A model generated the notes under the pieces. That model was given only the letters and a program-made list of their open reading frames with translations, had not been told where the DNA came from and ran no database searches. Of a stretch of 64,000 nucleotides of DNA, positions 9,649 through 20,591 are shown in pieces. Position numbers and translations under genes: made by a program. The stretch comes from Oscillatoria sp. FACHB-1406. GTDB taxonomy: Bacteria; Cyanobacteriota; Cyanobacteriia; Cyanobacteriales; Spirulinaceae. The stretch's first letter is position 1, and the number at the start of each line of letters is the position of its first letter. The stretch is from positions 216,633 through 280,632 of the forward strand of contig NZ_JACJSM010000001.1 in NCBI RefSeq assembly GCF_014698145.1. Direction: 5' to 3'.

Positions 9649-9693
9649 CATTCATAACTCATTATTCATCATTCATTATTCATTATTCATCAC
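9649..9693. repeat. degenerate heptamer array (TTCATAA/CATTATT/CATTCAT)
   Basis: Read directly, adjacent to the CGTAATT array. Confidence 0.7.
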
Positions 9694-10331
9694 TCCTTCC
9701 GTCCCGACACAGAATGTTCTCTTCCGGGTAAATTTTCCATTGTCGCGAGAACCGCGCGTTCTGCTGCGAGAATATCCCGTTCTTCGCCGCCGAGATACAT
9801 CCGCCCGAAACTGCCGATCGCGGAAATTTGGATAATATTAATCGAAGCGGCTTTTTCAGCTTCATTCGCAGCCAAAGCTGCATAGGCAGCCGGTTCGACT
9901 TCAAACACATACAGGGTTTGTCCGGCAACAATCATCTGTCCCCGACGCGCGCGGTTAATTAACTGGACGTGATGCGCGTCCAAATTGCGAATCACCTGAC
10001 TCGATACGACGCGAGGCTTGAGGCAATCTCGGGCGTGCGCCCCCAAATAGTCTAAAATTGCTACGCCCGCCGTGCGGGTATCTCCTTGGCGACTCGAATG
10101 AATTTCCAGAACGCCATACAAACGTTCGACCATGAGTACGCCGGGACGAACCGCAGTAGATTTCAGGGCAATATCGGTAATACGGTGAATTTCGATCCCC
10201 GGGGAAATTTCTATCCACAGTGAAGAATCTCCCGGAAGCGGTAGAAATCCTAAAGCGACCGTTCCAATATAAGCGGCGTGTTGGGGTTGTAAGCTGTCGA
10301 TATAGACGTAACTGCGAAGTTCGATGCCCAA
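9690..10331 (-). CDS. ccmP: tandem-BMC-domain carboxysome shell protein, CcmP-like
   Basis: 213 aa. [29 protein letters not shown]...EISPGIEIH and the second half ...[20 protein letters not shown]... match my recollection of Synechococcus CcmP (two BMC-like domains, ~213 aa). Confidence 0.6.
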   Translation of the reverse strand: MGIELRSYVYIDSLQPQHAAYIGTVALGFLPLPGDSSLWIEISPGIEIHRITDIALKSTAVRPGVLMVERLYGVLEIHSSRQGDTRTAGVAILDYLGAHARDCLKPRVVSSQVIRNLDAHHVQLINRARRGQMIVAGQTLYVFEVEPAAYAALAANEAEKAASINIIQISAIGSFGRMYLGGEERDILAAERAVLATMENLPGREHSVSGRKE

Positions 10332-10415
10332 GGTATATTTACTCCGGTCAAACTGACTTTGGGAAGGGATTCCTCGAGCATGATATCAGGCTGTTCGGCA
10401 CTTTCAACAGACAAA

Positions 10416-11330
10416 TTATTCTGTTGCAATGCCGTCTTCGGGGAAAGTAATGCGATTTCTCCCGTTCTGCTTGGCTTGGTAGAGCAAGCGATCGACCTCC
10501 TGCAATAACATTAAGGGAGAGAGTTCTGGCGTAGGGGTAGCGGCGATTACGCCGATACTAATGGTGACGTAGGACTGGCAGAGAGAACCGAGATGGGGAA
10601 GTTGTAGCTTAGCGACTTCCGACTGAAGTAATTCCGCGATGGCGATCGCTTCTGGCAACTCCGCGTGCGGTAAAATTGCAGCAAACTCCTCCCCGCCGTA
10701 CCGAGCCGTAAAATAGCAGTGAGTATCGAAGATTTCCCGAAACAGACGAGCAATAGTTTTCAGACATTCATCGCCCGCGATATGACCGTAAGTATCGTTA
10801 TATTGCTTGAAATAATCGATATCAAACATCAGCAGGGCTAAAGAGTGCTGTTGGGTTAAATGAACATTCCACTGCTGATTTAAGCACTCCTCAAAACCGC
10901 GACGATTATAGAGTTGGGTGAGGGAATCGATCGCTGCTAAGTGCGTGGCATACATCACCTTTTGATGCCATTGAATATCCAAAGAATCGGCATGATCGAC
11001 CAAAATTTGAATTAAAATCTCCAGATCCTCTTTTTGCTTGGAGATATTCTCAATTAAGTTTCTCAGCGAGCGTTCGGAGCTTTCCCGCTTCGCGATCTCG
11101 TTTTGCAAACTTTCCGTAACCAGTGCTAGCGAAGTTGACAAGACAAGGTTACGAGAAATCTGGGTATCGAGCGCCGATCGCAACAAACAATTTTTAGCTT
11201 CTAATTGCTTAATTTTTTCCTGCAAAGAGCGAGCGTTTTCTAGGAGCGGTTTCTCACTCTCTTCAGAATTAGTATTATCCATAGGCTCGGTCGGTAAAAA
11301 AACTTGACTAGCAAAAATATTGCTCGACAT
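10416..11330 (-). CDS. GGDEF diguanylate cyclase with N-terminal coiled coil
   Basis: 304 aa. GGDEF-domain motifs LTQLYNRRGFEE and GGEEF (RYGGEEFAAIL). Confidence 0.85.
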   Translation of the reverse strand: MSSNIFASQVFLPTEPMDNTNSEESEKPLLENARSLQEKIKQLEAKNCLLRSALDTQISRNLVLSTSLALVTESLQNEIAKRESSERSLRNLIENISKQKEDLEILIQILVDHADSLDIQWHQKVMYATHLAAIDSLTQLYNRRGFEECLNQQWNVHLTQQHSLALLMFDIDYFKQYNDTYGHIAGDECLKTIARLFREIFDTHCYFTARYGGEEFAAILPHAELPEAIAIAELLQSEVAKLQLPHLGSLCQSYVTISIGVIAATPTPELSPLMLLQEVDRLLYQAKQNGRNRITFPEDGIATE

Positions 11331-11513
11331 TGCGGATTTTACCTAGATAAGGAGCGAATTTTCTTTGAGTACAGCATAACATTTTCAACAATCTGGGTGA
11401 GCGATCTCAACCCGAATTGGGATTATACTCTAACAAACCTTTTACTTGAAGTTCAAGACCGAACAGATAGGTTAAAGTAAAAACTTGAACTGCGCTAGCC
11501 TACCTCCAACACT

Positions 11514-12905
11514 ATGGAAGCTCGAAGAATTACCGATATCTTACGCAACGGTCAACCCGACGAAACCGTCACCGTACAAGGCTGGGTGCGGACTAAGCGC
11601 GAACTCAAAGGGTTTGCTTTCCTCGAAATCAACGACGGTTCCTCAATGGCGAACCTGCAAGTTATCCTGAACGGCGATCTGCCCGATTACGAACCGCTCC
11701 TCAAACAAATTACCACCGGAAGCTCCGTTGAAGCGATCGGCCTATTAGTCCCCTCCCAAGGAAAAGGACAGCGTATCGAATTGCAACCCTCATCCGTGCG
11801 AGTTTACGGCGGTTGCGACCCCGAAACCTACCCTCTCCAGAAAAAGCGCCATTCCTTTGAGTTTTTGCGCGATATCGGACATTTGAGAGCGAGAACCAAT
11901 ACCCTCGGAGCCGTTTTCCGCGTTCGCAACGCTTGCGCTAGCGCCATTCACCAATTCTTCCAAGAACGCGGTTTCCTCTGGGTTCACACGCCCCTAATTA
12001 CGGCCAGCGATTGCGAAGGCGCGGGCGAACTGTTTGCCGTGACTAACCTGAATCTTAAAGAGATTCCGCGTTTGGAAAATGGCGAAATAGACTACAGTCA
12101 AGACTTTTTTGGCAAACCCGCTTATCTCACGGTTAGCGGGCAACTTGAAGCCGAAATTATGGCGATGTCTTTTAAAGACGTTTATACCTTTGGGCCGACC
12201 TTCCGCGCTGAAAATTCTAACACCTCCCGCCACCTTGCCGAGTTTTGGATGATCGAGCCGGAGAAGGCTTTTTGCGATTTGGAAGGCGATATGAACTTGG
12301 CGGAAGATTTCCTAAAATATGTTTTCAATTCCGTTCTCAATACTTGTCCGGAAGACCTGGAATTTTTCAACCAGCGTATCGATAAGACGGTCTTAGCGAC
12401 GGCGGAAAATATCGTTAGCAATCAGTTCGAGCGGATTAGTTATACTGAGGCGGTGGAGTTGCTATTAAAGTGCGATCGCGCTTTTGAATTTCCCGTCGAG
12501 TGGGGAGTCGATTTACAATCGGAACACGAACGCTATCTCGCCGAAGAATTATTCAAGAAACCGACCATTGTTTATAACTATCCTAAAGATATTAAAGCCT
12601 TTTATATGCGGCTGAACGATGACGGTAAAACGGTCGCGGCGATGGACGTTCTCGCCCCAAAAGTCGGGGAAATTATCGGCGGTTCGCAGCGGGAAGAACG
12701 CCTCGATCGGTTAGAGCAGCGCATGGCAGAAATGGACATTCCTCAAGAGGAATTATGGTGGTATCTCGACTTGCGACGTTACGGAACTGTTCCTCACGCC
12801 GGTTTTGGTTTGGGGTTCGAGCGGTTGGTTCAATTTATGACGGGAATGAATAATATTCGCGATGTGATTCCTTTCCCGCGCGTGCCGTTAAGTGCAGAAT
12901 TTTAA
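11514..12905 (+). CDS. asnS: asparaginyl-tRNA synthetase
   Basis: 463 aa, class IIb aaRS. N-terminal anticodon-binding OB fold ([23 protein letters not shown]). Class II motifs FRAE and GFGLGFERL. Confidence 0.9.
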   Translation: MEARRITDILRNGQPDETVTVQGWVRTKRELKGFAFLEINDGSSMANLQVILNGDLPDYEPLLKQITTGSSVEAIGLLVPSQGKGQRIELQPSSVRVYGGCDPETYPLQKKRHSFEFLRDIGHLRARTNTLGAVFRVRNACASAIHQFFQERGFLWVHTPLITASDCEGAGELFAVTNLNLKEIPRLENGEIDYSQDFFGKPAYLTVSGQLEAEIMAMSFKDVYTFGPTFRAENSNTSRHLAEFWMIEPEKAFCDLEGDMNLAEDFLKYVFNSVLNTCPEDLEFFNQRIDKTVLATAENIVSNQFERISYTEAVELLLKCDRAFEFPVEWGVDLQSEHERYLAEELFKKPTIVYNYPKDIKAFYMRLNDDGKTVAAMDVLAPKVGEIIGGSQREERLDRLEQRMAEMDIPQEELWWYLDLRRYGTVPHAGFGLGFERLVQFMTGMNNIRDVIPFPRVPLSAEF

Positions 12906-12976
12906 GGCTTAGGGGAGCTTTTTTGGGGGAGTTTAAGCTAAGGCGCATTTAAATTCGGCAGACTCAATCTCCCCCT

Positions 12977-13101
12977 CGTAATTCGTAATTTGTAATTTGT
13001 AATTCGTAATTCGTAATTCGTAATTCGTAATTCGTAATTCGTAACTCATAATTCCTAACTCATAACTCATAATTCATAACTCATAACTCATAACTCATAA
13101 T
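12977..13101. repeat. compound heptamer array (CGTAATT/TGTAATT ~10 units, then CTCATAA/TTCATAA ~8 units)
   Basis: Read directly between the asnS stop and the uvrC GTG start. Confidence 0.9.
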
Positions 13102-13111
13102 TTATCCCTCC

Positions 13112-15004
13112 GTGCTACCAACTCCCCTCGTCAAAGTTCCCGAACGCCTCGAAACTCGCTTAAAAGAAATCCCTGCCGAACCCGGGATTTATTTGATGAA
13201 AGATGCTACTGATGGTATCCTTTACATCGGCAAATCGAAAAAGCTGCGATCGCGCGTTCGTTCCTATTTCCGCGATTCCCAACGATTGAGCGATCGCATT
13301 GCGATGATGGTACGACAAGTTTGCGCGATCGAATTCATCGTCACCGATAGCGAAGCCGAAGCGCTAGCATTAGAGTCGAATTTAGTCAAGCTCCATCAGC
13401 CTTATTTCAACGTCCTGCTTAAAGATGACAAACGTTATCCCTATGTTTGCATCACTTGGTCGGAGGACTATCCGCGTATTTTCATCACTCGCAAGCGTCG
13501 CGCGAGTAACGCCCAAGACCGCTACTACGGGCCTTATGTAGATGTGCGACTACTGCGACAAACCCTTTATATCATCAAACGCATTTTCCCGTTGCGCCAG
13601 CGCCCCAAACCCCTGTTCAAAGACCGCCCCTGCCTCAATTACGATATGGGTCGCTGTCCTGGGGTTTGTCAGGCGATGATTAGCTCCGAAGACTACCATA
13701 AAACCGTGCAGAAAGTGGCGATGGTGTTCCAAGGGCGAACGGGGGAATTAATCGATATTCTCAATACACAGATGGAAGCCGCCGCAGAAGCCTTAAACTT
13801 CGAGACAGCGGCGAGGATTCGCGACCAAATACAGGGATTGAAATCGCTGCACGCGGATCAAAAAGTTTCCTTACCCGACGATACCATCTCCCGCGATGCG
13901 ATCGCGCTAGCCGCCGACGAAAAACGCTGCTGCATCCAACTGTTCCAAATCCGCGCCGGAAAACTTGTCGGACGCTTGGGCTACTTTGCCGAAGTCCCTA
14001 GCGCTGATAGTTTCGAGCCGGGAACCATTCTCCAGCGCGTCCTCGAAGAACATTATAGCCTTGTCGATCCCGTCGAAATTCCCAGCGAAATTTTAGTGCA
14101 ACACGAACTCCCCGATAGCGAAATCCTCGGCGATGGATTAAGCCAGCGCAAAGGGCGAAAAGTCAGCATTATTTCGCCGCAGCGCCAAATTAAGGCAGAA
14201 TTAATAGAGATGGTGGAACGGAATGCGCGTTACGAACTCGAAGGAGCGCAACGAGAAGGCGATCGCAACGAACAAGCCTTGCAAGATTTAGCCGAAATTC
14301 TCGATTTACCCGAACTCCCCAAACGCATCGAAGGCTACGACATCTCCCACATCCAAGGTTCCAATGCCGTCGCCTCCCAAGTCGTCTTCATCGACGGGAT
14401 TGCCGCCAACCAACACTACCGCCACTACAAAATCAAAAATCCTGAAGTCACCATCGGACATTCTGACGACTTCGCCTCTCTAGCTGAAGTTCTCGGCCGT
14501 CGCTTCCGCAAATACCTGCAAGATCCCAGTTTACCGCGCCAGGGCGACCCCGACTTTCCCGATTTAGTGATGATAGATGGGGGGAAAGGACAACTTTCTG
14601 CTGTCGTTACCGTGCTGCAAACCGATACGAACGGGACAATTTTAGAAGACTTAAAAATCGTCAGCCTCGCCAAACAACGCGAAGAAATCTTTTTACCGGG
14701 CGAATCTTTACCGTTACCGACTGAAGCCGAACAACCGGGCGTACAACTGCTGCGACGAGTGCGAGATGAAGCACACAGATTTGCCGTCAGTTTCCACCGC
14801 CAACAACGCTTAAAACAGGGCAGGCGATCGCGTCTCGACGAAATTCCCGGACTCGGTTTCGAGCGCCAAAAACAACTGCTCGCCCACTTCCACTCTATTG
14901 ATTATATTCGCGAAGCGAGCGCCGAGCAATTAACGGCTGCCCCCGGAATTGGCCCGCGTTTGGCACAGGAGATTTTTGAATATTTCCATCCGAATCAAGA
15001 ATAG
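13112..15004 (+). CDS. uvrC: excinuclease ABC subunit C
   Basis: 630 aa. GTG start. GIY-YIG domain (PGIYLMKD...[13 protein letters not shown]), a UvrBC motif and a C-terminal HhH. Confidence 0.9.
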   Translation: MLPTPLVKVPERLETRLKEIPAEPGIYLMKDATDGILYIGKSKKLRSRVRSYFRDSQRLSDRIAMMVRQVCAIEFIVTDSEAEALALESNLVKLHQPYFNVLLKDDKRYPYVCITWSEDYPRIFITRKRRASNAQDRYYGPYVDVRLLRQTLYIIKRIFPLRQRPKPLFKDRPCLNYDMGRCPGVCQAMISSEDYHKTVQKVAMVFQGRTGELIDILNTQMEAAAEALNFETAARIRDQIQGLKSLHADQKVSLPDDTISRDAIALAADEKRCCIQLFQIRAGKLVGRLGYFAEVPSADSFEPGTILQRVLEEHYSLVDPVEIPSEILVQHELPDSEILGDGLSQRKGRKVSIISPQRQIKAELIEMVERNARYELEGAQREGDRNEQALQDLAEILDLPELPKRIEGYDISHIQGSNAVASQVVFIDGIAANQHYRHYKIKNPEVTIGHSDDFASLAEVLGRRFRKYLQDPSLPRQGDPDFPDLVMIDGGKGQLSAVVTVLQTDTNGTILEDLKIVSLAKQREEIFLPGESLPLPTEAEQPGVQLLRRVRDEAHRFAVSFHRQQRLKQGRRSRLDEIPGLGFERQKQLLAHFHSIDYIREASAEQLTAAPGIGPRLAQEIFEYFHPNQE

Positions 15005-15065
15005 TTTCTTTGCCCGTAATTCCGAATGATGGGGTTAATAATTTTGCGGGTTGAACGGTGGATTA

Positions 15066-15092
15066 ATTTTTAATTTTTAATTTTTAATTTTT
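15066..15092. repeat. heptamer array (TTTTTAA x4)
   Basis: Read directly in the convergent gap between uvrC and the ABC-class ATPase. Confidence 0.8.
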
Positions 15093-16791
15093 CCACCCGT
15101 AATGTCCGCAATCGATTTAAAGCTGCCGCTAGTTCAAAACGGCGGAATCCAGCCAAGTCGCCACGCGGAAAGTCGTCAATCGCATCGAGTCCTTGTGCTT
15201 CGAGATCTGCAAAGATGCGATCGATAATTTCTGCTAGGGTTCTTTTGCCGTCGATATAGCAATCTTTAGCATAAACGAGAGCCGCCGCGATCGCGCGCAA
15301 TTGTCCCGCATCGACAAGCTGTTCCACCGCCGCTAAATCGATGTCCTCCGTACCAAACGCCACTTCATCAACATCGCGCACCTTAACTTTTACCGCCCGG
15401 TTGCCGCGACTGGGATCGATACTGCTAGCAATGGGAATTCTGGGGGTAATGCGCCCAAATCTCTCGCCGCCCTCGCACTGGCGTTCGCTGGCGTATTCTT
15501 TCGCAATCGCTTTGGCTTCAGCGGTGACATCGCGCGCTTGAAAGTTATCCATCGCAATGACGATATCGGCGACTTCAAAATAATCGCCGCTTCCGCCCAT
15601 CACCAGCAAGGTAGATACGCCATAGTCGCTGTAGAGTTGGCGAACTTTATCGATGAAAGGGGTAATCGGTTCTTTGTCTTTGGCGATGAGTTGCTGCATC
15701 CGGCGATCGCGAATCATTAAATTCGTTGCCGCCGTATCCTCATCTATCAATAATACCTCCGCGCCCGCCTCCAACGCTTCGATAATATTCGCCGCTTGAG
15801 ACGTGCTACCGCTGGCATTGGTGGTAGAAAAATTTAGCGTCGAACTGCCACCCGGTAAGTTATCGATAAAGGGCGAAATATCAGTTCCAACGATGCTGCG
15901 CCCGTCTTCAGCGCGAATTTTCATCGCAGCGGGGTGAGTAACGACGAATTCGCGCCCATCCCCCGGAATGCGATTGTATACGCCCAACGCGATCGCGCGC
16001 AACAAGGTAGACTTACCGTGATAGCCGCCGCCCACAATCAGCGTCACGCCCGCCGGAATGCCCATCCCGGCAATCTTACCGCGATTGGGACAATCGAACT
16101 CGACTTGTAGCGAGGGGGGCGATTGGAAAGGAAGCGCCCCTTCCTTTAAAGGACGTTCGTCTACGCCACTCCGTCGGGGTAAAATTGCACCGTTCGCCAC
16201 AAAAGCCACTAAATTTCGCCGCACTAACTCCTCGCGCAACCAATCGGCATCTTCCACCGTTTCGACGTGCTGTTGTAGCGCTTTCGCATCAACAGCAATA
16301 TATTGCAGCGCGCCGCGCACAATATTAGGGATATCTTCGCATAATAATTCTGCCGCTTGTCTGCCGAGAATTTGACGGCCGCGCGCGGGCAATCCAACAA
16401 CAAATCGCGCTTCAATCTCGCCCTCATTGACTAAAATCGCCGTTCTCGCCAGCACTTCTTGCCCGAGGTGGGCGATGGCAATGAGTCCGCTTTTCCCCGT
16501 ACCGCGATGCGAACTGAGTTTTTGGGCGACGCACTCGAAGCGGCGGGCGAGATAGTCTCGCAGGGCGATTTCGCGGCTGGGGGAGGCATAAAGTTGGGGG
16601 GGCAATTGGGCAAAATTTTGGGGAACCTGCACTCGCAACTGACTGGGAGAGGCAAAAGGATCGCCTTGAACGCGATCGATAATCAGGGTAAATTCTGGAA
16701 AAGAATAGCGCCCCTTAATATCTTTGTAAGCTTTATAACCCCTAGCGTCTAAGTCGAGGAGTGTACTGTAAAGAGAGGAGGAGTCGCGCAT
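15070..16791 (-). CDS. ABC-class ATPase domain protein (COG3044-type)
   Basis: 573 aa. N-terminus YKAYKDIKGRYSFPEFTLIIDRVQGDPFASPS. Walker A GGGYHGKSTLLRAIALG. Confidence 0.6.
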   Translation of the reverse strand: MRDSSSLYSTLLDLDARGYKAYKDIKGRYSFPEFTLIIDRVQGDPFASPSQLRVQVPQNFAQLPPQLYASPSREIALRDYLARRFECVAQKLSSHRGTGKSGLIAIAHLGQEVLARTAILVNEGEIEARFVVGLPARGRQILGRQAAELLCEDIPNIVRGALQYIAVDAKALQQHVETVEDADWLREELVRRNLVAFVANGAILPRRSGVDERPLKEGALPFQSPPSLQVEFDCPNRGKIAGMGIPAGVTLIVGGGYHGKSTLLRAIALGVYNRIPGDGREFVVTHPAAMKIRAEDGRSIVGTDISPFIDNLPGGSSTLNFSTTNASGSTSQAANIIEALEAGAEVLLIDEDTAATNLMIRDRRMQQLIAKDKEPITPFIDKVRQLYSDYGVSTLLVMGGSGDYFEVADIVIAMDNFQARDVTAEAKAIAKEYASERQCEGGERFGRITPRIPIASSIDPSRGNRAVKVKVRDVDEVAFGTEDIDLAAVEQLVDAGQLRAIAAALVYAKDCYIDGKRTLAEIIDRIFADLEAQGLDAIDDFPRGDLAGFRRFELAAALNRLRTLRVEKLKIKN

Positions 16792-17046
16792 TGAGGTTCG
16801 CCTATTTCACCTTCAGGATGGTCATTCCCAAACCGTAATTTTAGCTTATAGCGTCAGGTCTAGCTTTTATCGCGATCGCGAGTTCCCTTGTTGGAAGAGA
16901 GGGCTGCAAAGGCGGGCTACCATCGTTCTCATCACTCATCTTTGGGATTATATCTTGGGAATGATGTTTTTTTGAAATGCAATTAGTATCTTTGTAAGTA
17001 ACAAACGAAACAAACACAAATTTCCTTGGAGGCGAAAGTAGAAATC

Positions 17047-17319
17047 ATGAATATTATTGCATGGGTAGTTTTAGGTTTATTGGCTGGCGCGATCGCTAAA
17101 GCAATCTATCCCGGTCATCAAGGCGGCGGTATTCTCGGAACAATTTTACTCGGTGTTATTGGTGCTTTTGTTGGTGGTAGCTTAGCGATGTTCCTCGAAA
17201 CTGGGAAGCTCGCTTTAGCTTCAAGCGCTCTGAGCATTCCGGGCGTAGCTTTAGCCGTTCTTGGTGCTATTATCGCTATCTTCATTTGGAACGCTATTTC
17301 TCGTTCGTCGGCTGTTTAA
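17047..17319 (+). CDS. GlsB/YeaQ/YmgE-family stress membrane protein
   Basis: MNIIAWVVLGLLAGAIAKAIYPG...ILGTILLGVIGAFVGG is typical of the family. GGAGG lies at 17029-17033. Confidence 0.8.
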   Translation: MNIIAWVVLGLLAGAIAKAIYPGHQGGGILGTILLGVIGAFVGGSLAMFLETGKLALASSALSIPGVALAVLGAIIAIFIWNAISRSSAV

Positions 17320-17424
17320 AACTTAATCTTGATTCAATCGAGCTTCATAACAGAAATTTGCTTAGATTGAAACATTTCAAATCATTTACCCACTCAATAT
17401 AGAACAATTTTTGGGAGAAAATTC

Positions 17425-18000
17425 ATGGTTGGATACGATCGTCGCGCTGTAGGTGTATTTTCAACTCGTCACGCTGCTGAAGCCGCTCTGCAAGAGCTAA
17501 GAAGCGCAGGGTTCCGCATGGACAATGTTTCTATCATTGCTCGCAATTCAGATGAAGGTGATATCGCTGACGTTGCGGTAACGGAAGATGTCGGCAATAA
17601 AGCAGACGAAGGCGCTGCTAAGGGCGCTGCTACAGGTGGTACTTTAGGCGGTTTGACGGGATTGTTAGTCGGTTTAGGAACCCTAGCGATTCCGGGAGTA
17701 GGACCAGTGATGTTAGCTGGAGCAACCGCGACTGCTTTGGCAACTACAGTAGCAGGTGGCGCTCTCGGTGCAGCCGCTGGTGGATTAATCGGTGCTTTAG
17801 TTGGTTTGGGTATTCCTGAAGATAGAGCCGTCGTTTATAACGACCGTTTAGGAAGAGGTCATTATGTTGTAGTCGTTGACGGTACAGAAGCCGAAGTTCG
17901 ACAAGCAGAAGCAGTTCTCAGCACTCGCGGCGTTGAAGAGTGGGGCGTTTACGATACCAATGTTAAACCGCTTCCGGAAGGTGGCTCGCGGCTTATGTAG
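17425..18000 (+). CDS. general stress protein, YflT-like N-terminal domain plus Gly-zipper region
   Basis: N-terminus VGVFSTRHAAEAALQELRSAGFRMDNVSIIAR resembles the YflT/general stress 17M fold. The middle is Gly/Ala-rich. Confidence 0.5.
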   Translation: MVGYDRRAVGVFSTRHAAEAALQELRSAGFRMDNVSIIARNSDEGDIADVAVTEDVGNKADEGAAKGAATGGTLGGLTGLLVGLGTLAIPGVGPVMLAGATATALATTVAGGALGAAAGGLIGALVGLGIPEDRAVVYNDRLGRGHYVVVVDGTEAEVRQAEAVLSTRGVEEWGVYDTNVKPLPEGGSRLM

Positions 18001-18084
18001 CTAACAAGTAGAAGGTTGCTGTGTTAACAATCAACCACTTGTTCTACAATAGGGCTTCAATTATCGGCAAGGAGAATTAAATAG

Positions 18085-18531
18085 ATGAAAAAGTTTGTTC
18101 CTTATTTACTAAGTAGTGTTCTGTTGTTAGGTACAGTCGCTTGCAGCGGTGCTAAAACGAGCGCTGATGCACCCAATACAACAAGTGGTAGTGGTGGCGA
18201 TTTAACAGCGACAGATAAGACGCAGAATGCTCAAGACGCAACCAATCCAGTGCGCGAAAAGCAGATTGAATCTGACAAGCGCGCGATCGAGCAACGCAAT
18301 ACTGCGGCTGGAAGCCCTGGTGAACTCGCAGATAATGATATTTCTAGCTTAGTTCGCAATGAGTTAGAAAAATCGATTCCCGGCAGCCAGTTATTAGTTG
18401 AATCGAAAGATGGTGCTGTCACCGTATCCGGTAAAGTTGCTACAGATGCCGAACTGAAGAAAATTGAACCCACTGTTAAAACAGTTAAAGGGGTCAAGGG
18501 CGTAACAGTAAAAGCAACGGTTGGCAAATAG
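18085..18531 (+). CDS. BON-domain lipoprotein (OsmY-like)
   Basis: Signal peptide with lipobox LGTVAC. C-terminal BON-like segment LLVESKDGAVTVSGKVATDAELKKIE. Confidence 0.65.
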   Translation: MKKFVPYLLSSVLLLGTVACSGAKTSADAPNTTSGSGGDLTATDKTQNAQDATNPVREKQIESDKRAIEQRNTAAGSPGELADNDISSLVRNELEKSIPGSQLLVESKDGAVTVSGKVATDAELKKIEPTVKTVKGVKGVTVKATVGK

Positions 18532-18606
18532 ATAGAAGAATAGAGAGAAGTGAGTATTTCGTACTTCTCTCAACCTTAGAGGGGTATTGCAAGGCAATAT
18601 CCCTTT

Positions 18607-19836
18607 TTAATTGTCGTAAGCTGGAAAAGATAAGCCTTTCAAGGTTTTCATGGCTTCTAATTCCGTTAAACCCTTACTTTGGACTAATACGCCAAAACCG
18701 CCTAAACCCGACGGATCGATGAGTTGATGCAGGGCATCTCTTCGTTGCAATATCTGTTGGAGGTTAAATTTGCCGCTAGAAAGTTCGGCGAGGCGATCGC
18801 TTAATCCTAAAGCCATTAAAAACAATCCCTGTTGCGTAAAACCGACAGTCTTTAATCCGCGTAATTCCCCCTGACGTTCTAAAGCGGTAAAGTCAACATG
18901 AGCGGTTAGATCTTGCTGTCCGAGGTTAACGTAGGGGTTGTTGTGGTGACGATGTTGGAAGTAACATTGGAGCGTTCCTTGCGATCGCGTCGGTTGATAG
19001 TAGCGCTGCGCCGTATAACCGTAGTCAACCGTAACAAGATAGCCTCGCTTGAGTTTTTGGGCGACAGTTTCCAACCAGTTGAGCGCGGCGAGATTGACTT
19101 CGGTGTGATACCCTTCAGGATAGGCAGGAGCCGTTAAATCGAGGTCGATCGCTTTAAAATAATCGAGAATGCGATCGCTCGATAATTCCCCCACTACTTC
19201 TATTAATCCCGCATCAAAAAGCGTCACATAAATTTCCTGTAATTTGCCTCCAATCTTCGTCACCCGATGCACGGGGAACGCATCGACTAACTCATTAGAA
19301 AAACAGCAGCCCACTAACGATTCATCTGCGATTTCTTCCCAACTTTGCCAGCGTATTTTTATCCCCTTGTCAAGCCATTCTTGTAATAAATTTTGTTGGC
19401 TGGCGATTAACGAGGGCGATTGCTCGACAATGATATATTCAACCCGTTCGAATAATTCGGGATAATGCTGCTGCCAGTATCGCAAAATATCTGCGGCTAG
19501 CAACCCTTGTCCGGCTCCCATTTCCAGGGCCGCAAAGGGTGCAGGATAGTCTAAAATTTCCCACATCTGCGCCAATTGCTCCGCGAGTAACTCCCCAAAA
19601 TCCGCACCGAGGGAAGCAGAGGTAAAAAAGTCACCTTGGCGGCCGATTTCGACATGGCCAGCGCTATAGTAGCCGTACTGAGGATCGTACAGGACGAAAT
19701 CCATGTACTCGGCAAAGGTAATGCGCTGTCCGGAAGTCGCGGCGATTCGCTCTCGCAGGCGCTCAAAGAGGGGGGTAAAATTTTCTTTCACAAAGCGGTT
19801 ATTTTGGCAAGTCTTTTGATTATAATTAACCATCAA
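18607..19836 (-). CDS. SAM-dependent methyltransferase, MidA/NDUFAF7 (DUF185) family
   Basis: 409 aa. Glycine-rich SAM motif LEMGAGQGLLAADIL and the overall length fit COG1565. Confidence 0.5.
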   Translation of the reverse strand: MMVNYNQKTCQNNRFVKENFTPLFERLRERIAATSGQRITFAEYMDFVLYDPQYGYYSAGHVEIGRQGDFFTSASLGADFGELLAEQLAQMWEILDYPAPFAALEMGAGQGLLAADILRYWQQHYPELFERVEYIIVEQSPSLIASQQNLLQEWLDKGIKIRWQSWEEIADESLVGCCFSNELVDAFPVHRVTKIGGKLQEIYVTLFDAGLIEVVGELSSDRILDYFKAIDLDLTAPAYPEGYHTEVNLAALNWLETVAQKLKRGYLVTVDYGYTAQRYYQPTRSQGTLQCYFQHRHHNNPYVNLGQQDLTAHVDFTALERQGELRGLKTVGFTQQGLFLMALGLSDRLAELSSGKFNLQQILQRRDALHQLIDPSGLGGFGVLVQSKGLTELEAMKTLKGLSFPAYDN

Positions 19837-19856
19837 TCTATCCGATACAGATCGCT

Positions 19857-20525
19857 ATGCTGCAAGAGAGCGCGCAACCCGATAATCCTCAAATCTACTC
19901 GATCGAGCGCTATCCATTTAATCTCAAACAATATTTCCGGCGCGGCTGGGATATTTTAAAAGAAAATGCAGTTTTATTGATAGCGTATTGCGCGATCGCG
20001 CTTTGTGTCACAGCCGCAACGGGTAGTATTATTTTCTTAATTCCCACCAAACTCGGTTTGGCTCTAACCTCGTTGCTAATGCTGGTTTTGCTGCCGCCGA
20101 TTTGGGCGGGCTTTTTTGCGGGAATTTTCCCGATGTTACGGCGCGAACGGGTGGGACTGAAACATTTTTTTCAAAGCTTTTCTGCTTTTCCTCACCTCGT
20201 CATTGCCAACCTTGTGGCTGCCTTATTAATTTTCACCGGTTGTTTCATCTCCCTGATCTTCATTCCCGGGCTTTATCTCATCATTGGCTATATCTTCGCC
20301 GCCCCCCTAATTATCGATCGCCGCTTAAAATTTTGGCAGGCCTTAGAAACCAGTCGCCTAACAATCACTCAACAATGGTTTCGCGCCTTCGCTTTTGTCC
20401 TGGCGCTGTTGGCTATTAATCTCGGCGGCGCGCTCATTTTGGGTTTGGGACTCTTCGTTACCTTACCCCTATCGTACTGCGCGATCGCGGCGGCCTACGA
20501 CGACATTATCGGTCTTCGTCGCTAA
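19857..20525 (+). CDS. integral membrane protein, unknown function
   Basis: 222 aa with four or more hydrophobic helices. Confidence 0.5.
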   Translation: MLQESAQPDNPQIYSIERYPFNLKQYFRRGWDILKENAVLLIAYCAIALCVTAATGSIIFLIPTKLGLALTSLLMLVLLPPIWAGFFAGIFPMLRRERVGLKHFFQSFSAFPHLVIANLVAALLIFTGCFISLIFIPGLYLIIGYIFAAPLIIDRRLKFWQALETSRLTITQQWFRAFAFVLALLAINLGGALILGLGLFVTLPLSYCAIAAAYDDIIGLRR

Positions 20526-20591
20526 CCATAACCCGCCACGCGGAAGGTATCAAAAAATTAAGGAGAATTTGACATCCTGTTGTTAGAAAGA

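Noticed and set aside
9367-9651. Track ORF encoding LRITNYELRITNYE...
   Set aside because: It is a translation artefact of the CGTAATT heptamer array.
12906-12960. Terminator after asnS (ggggagcttttttggggga)
   Set aside because: There is a T-run but no convincing upstream stem.
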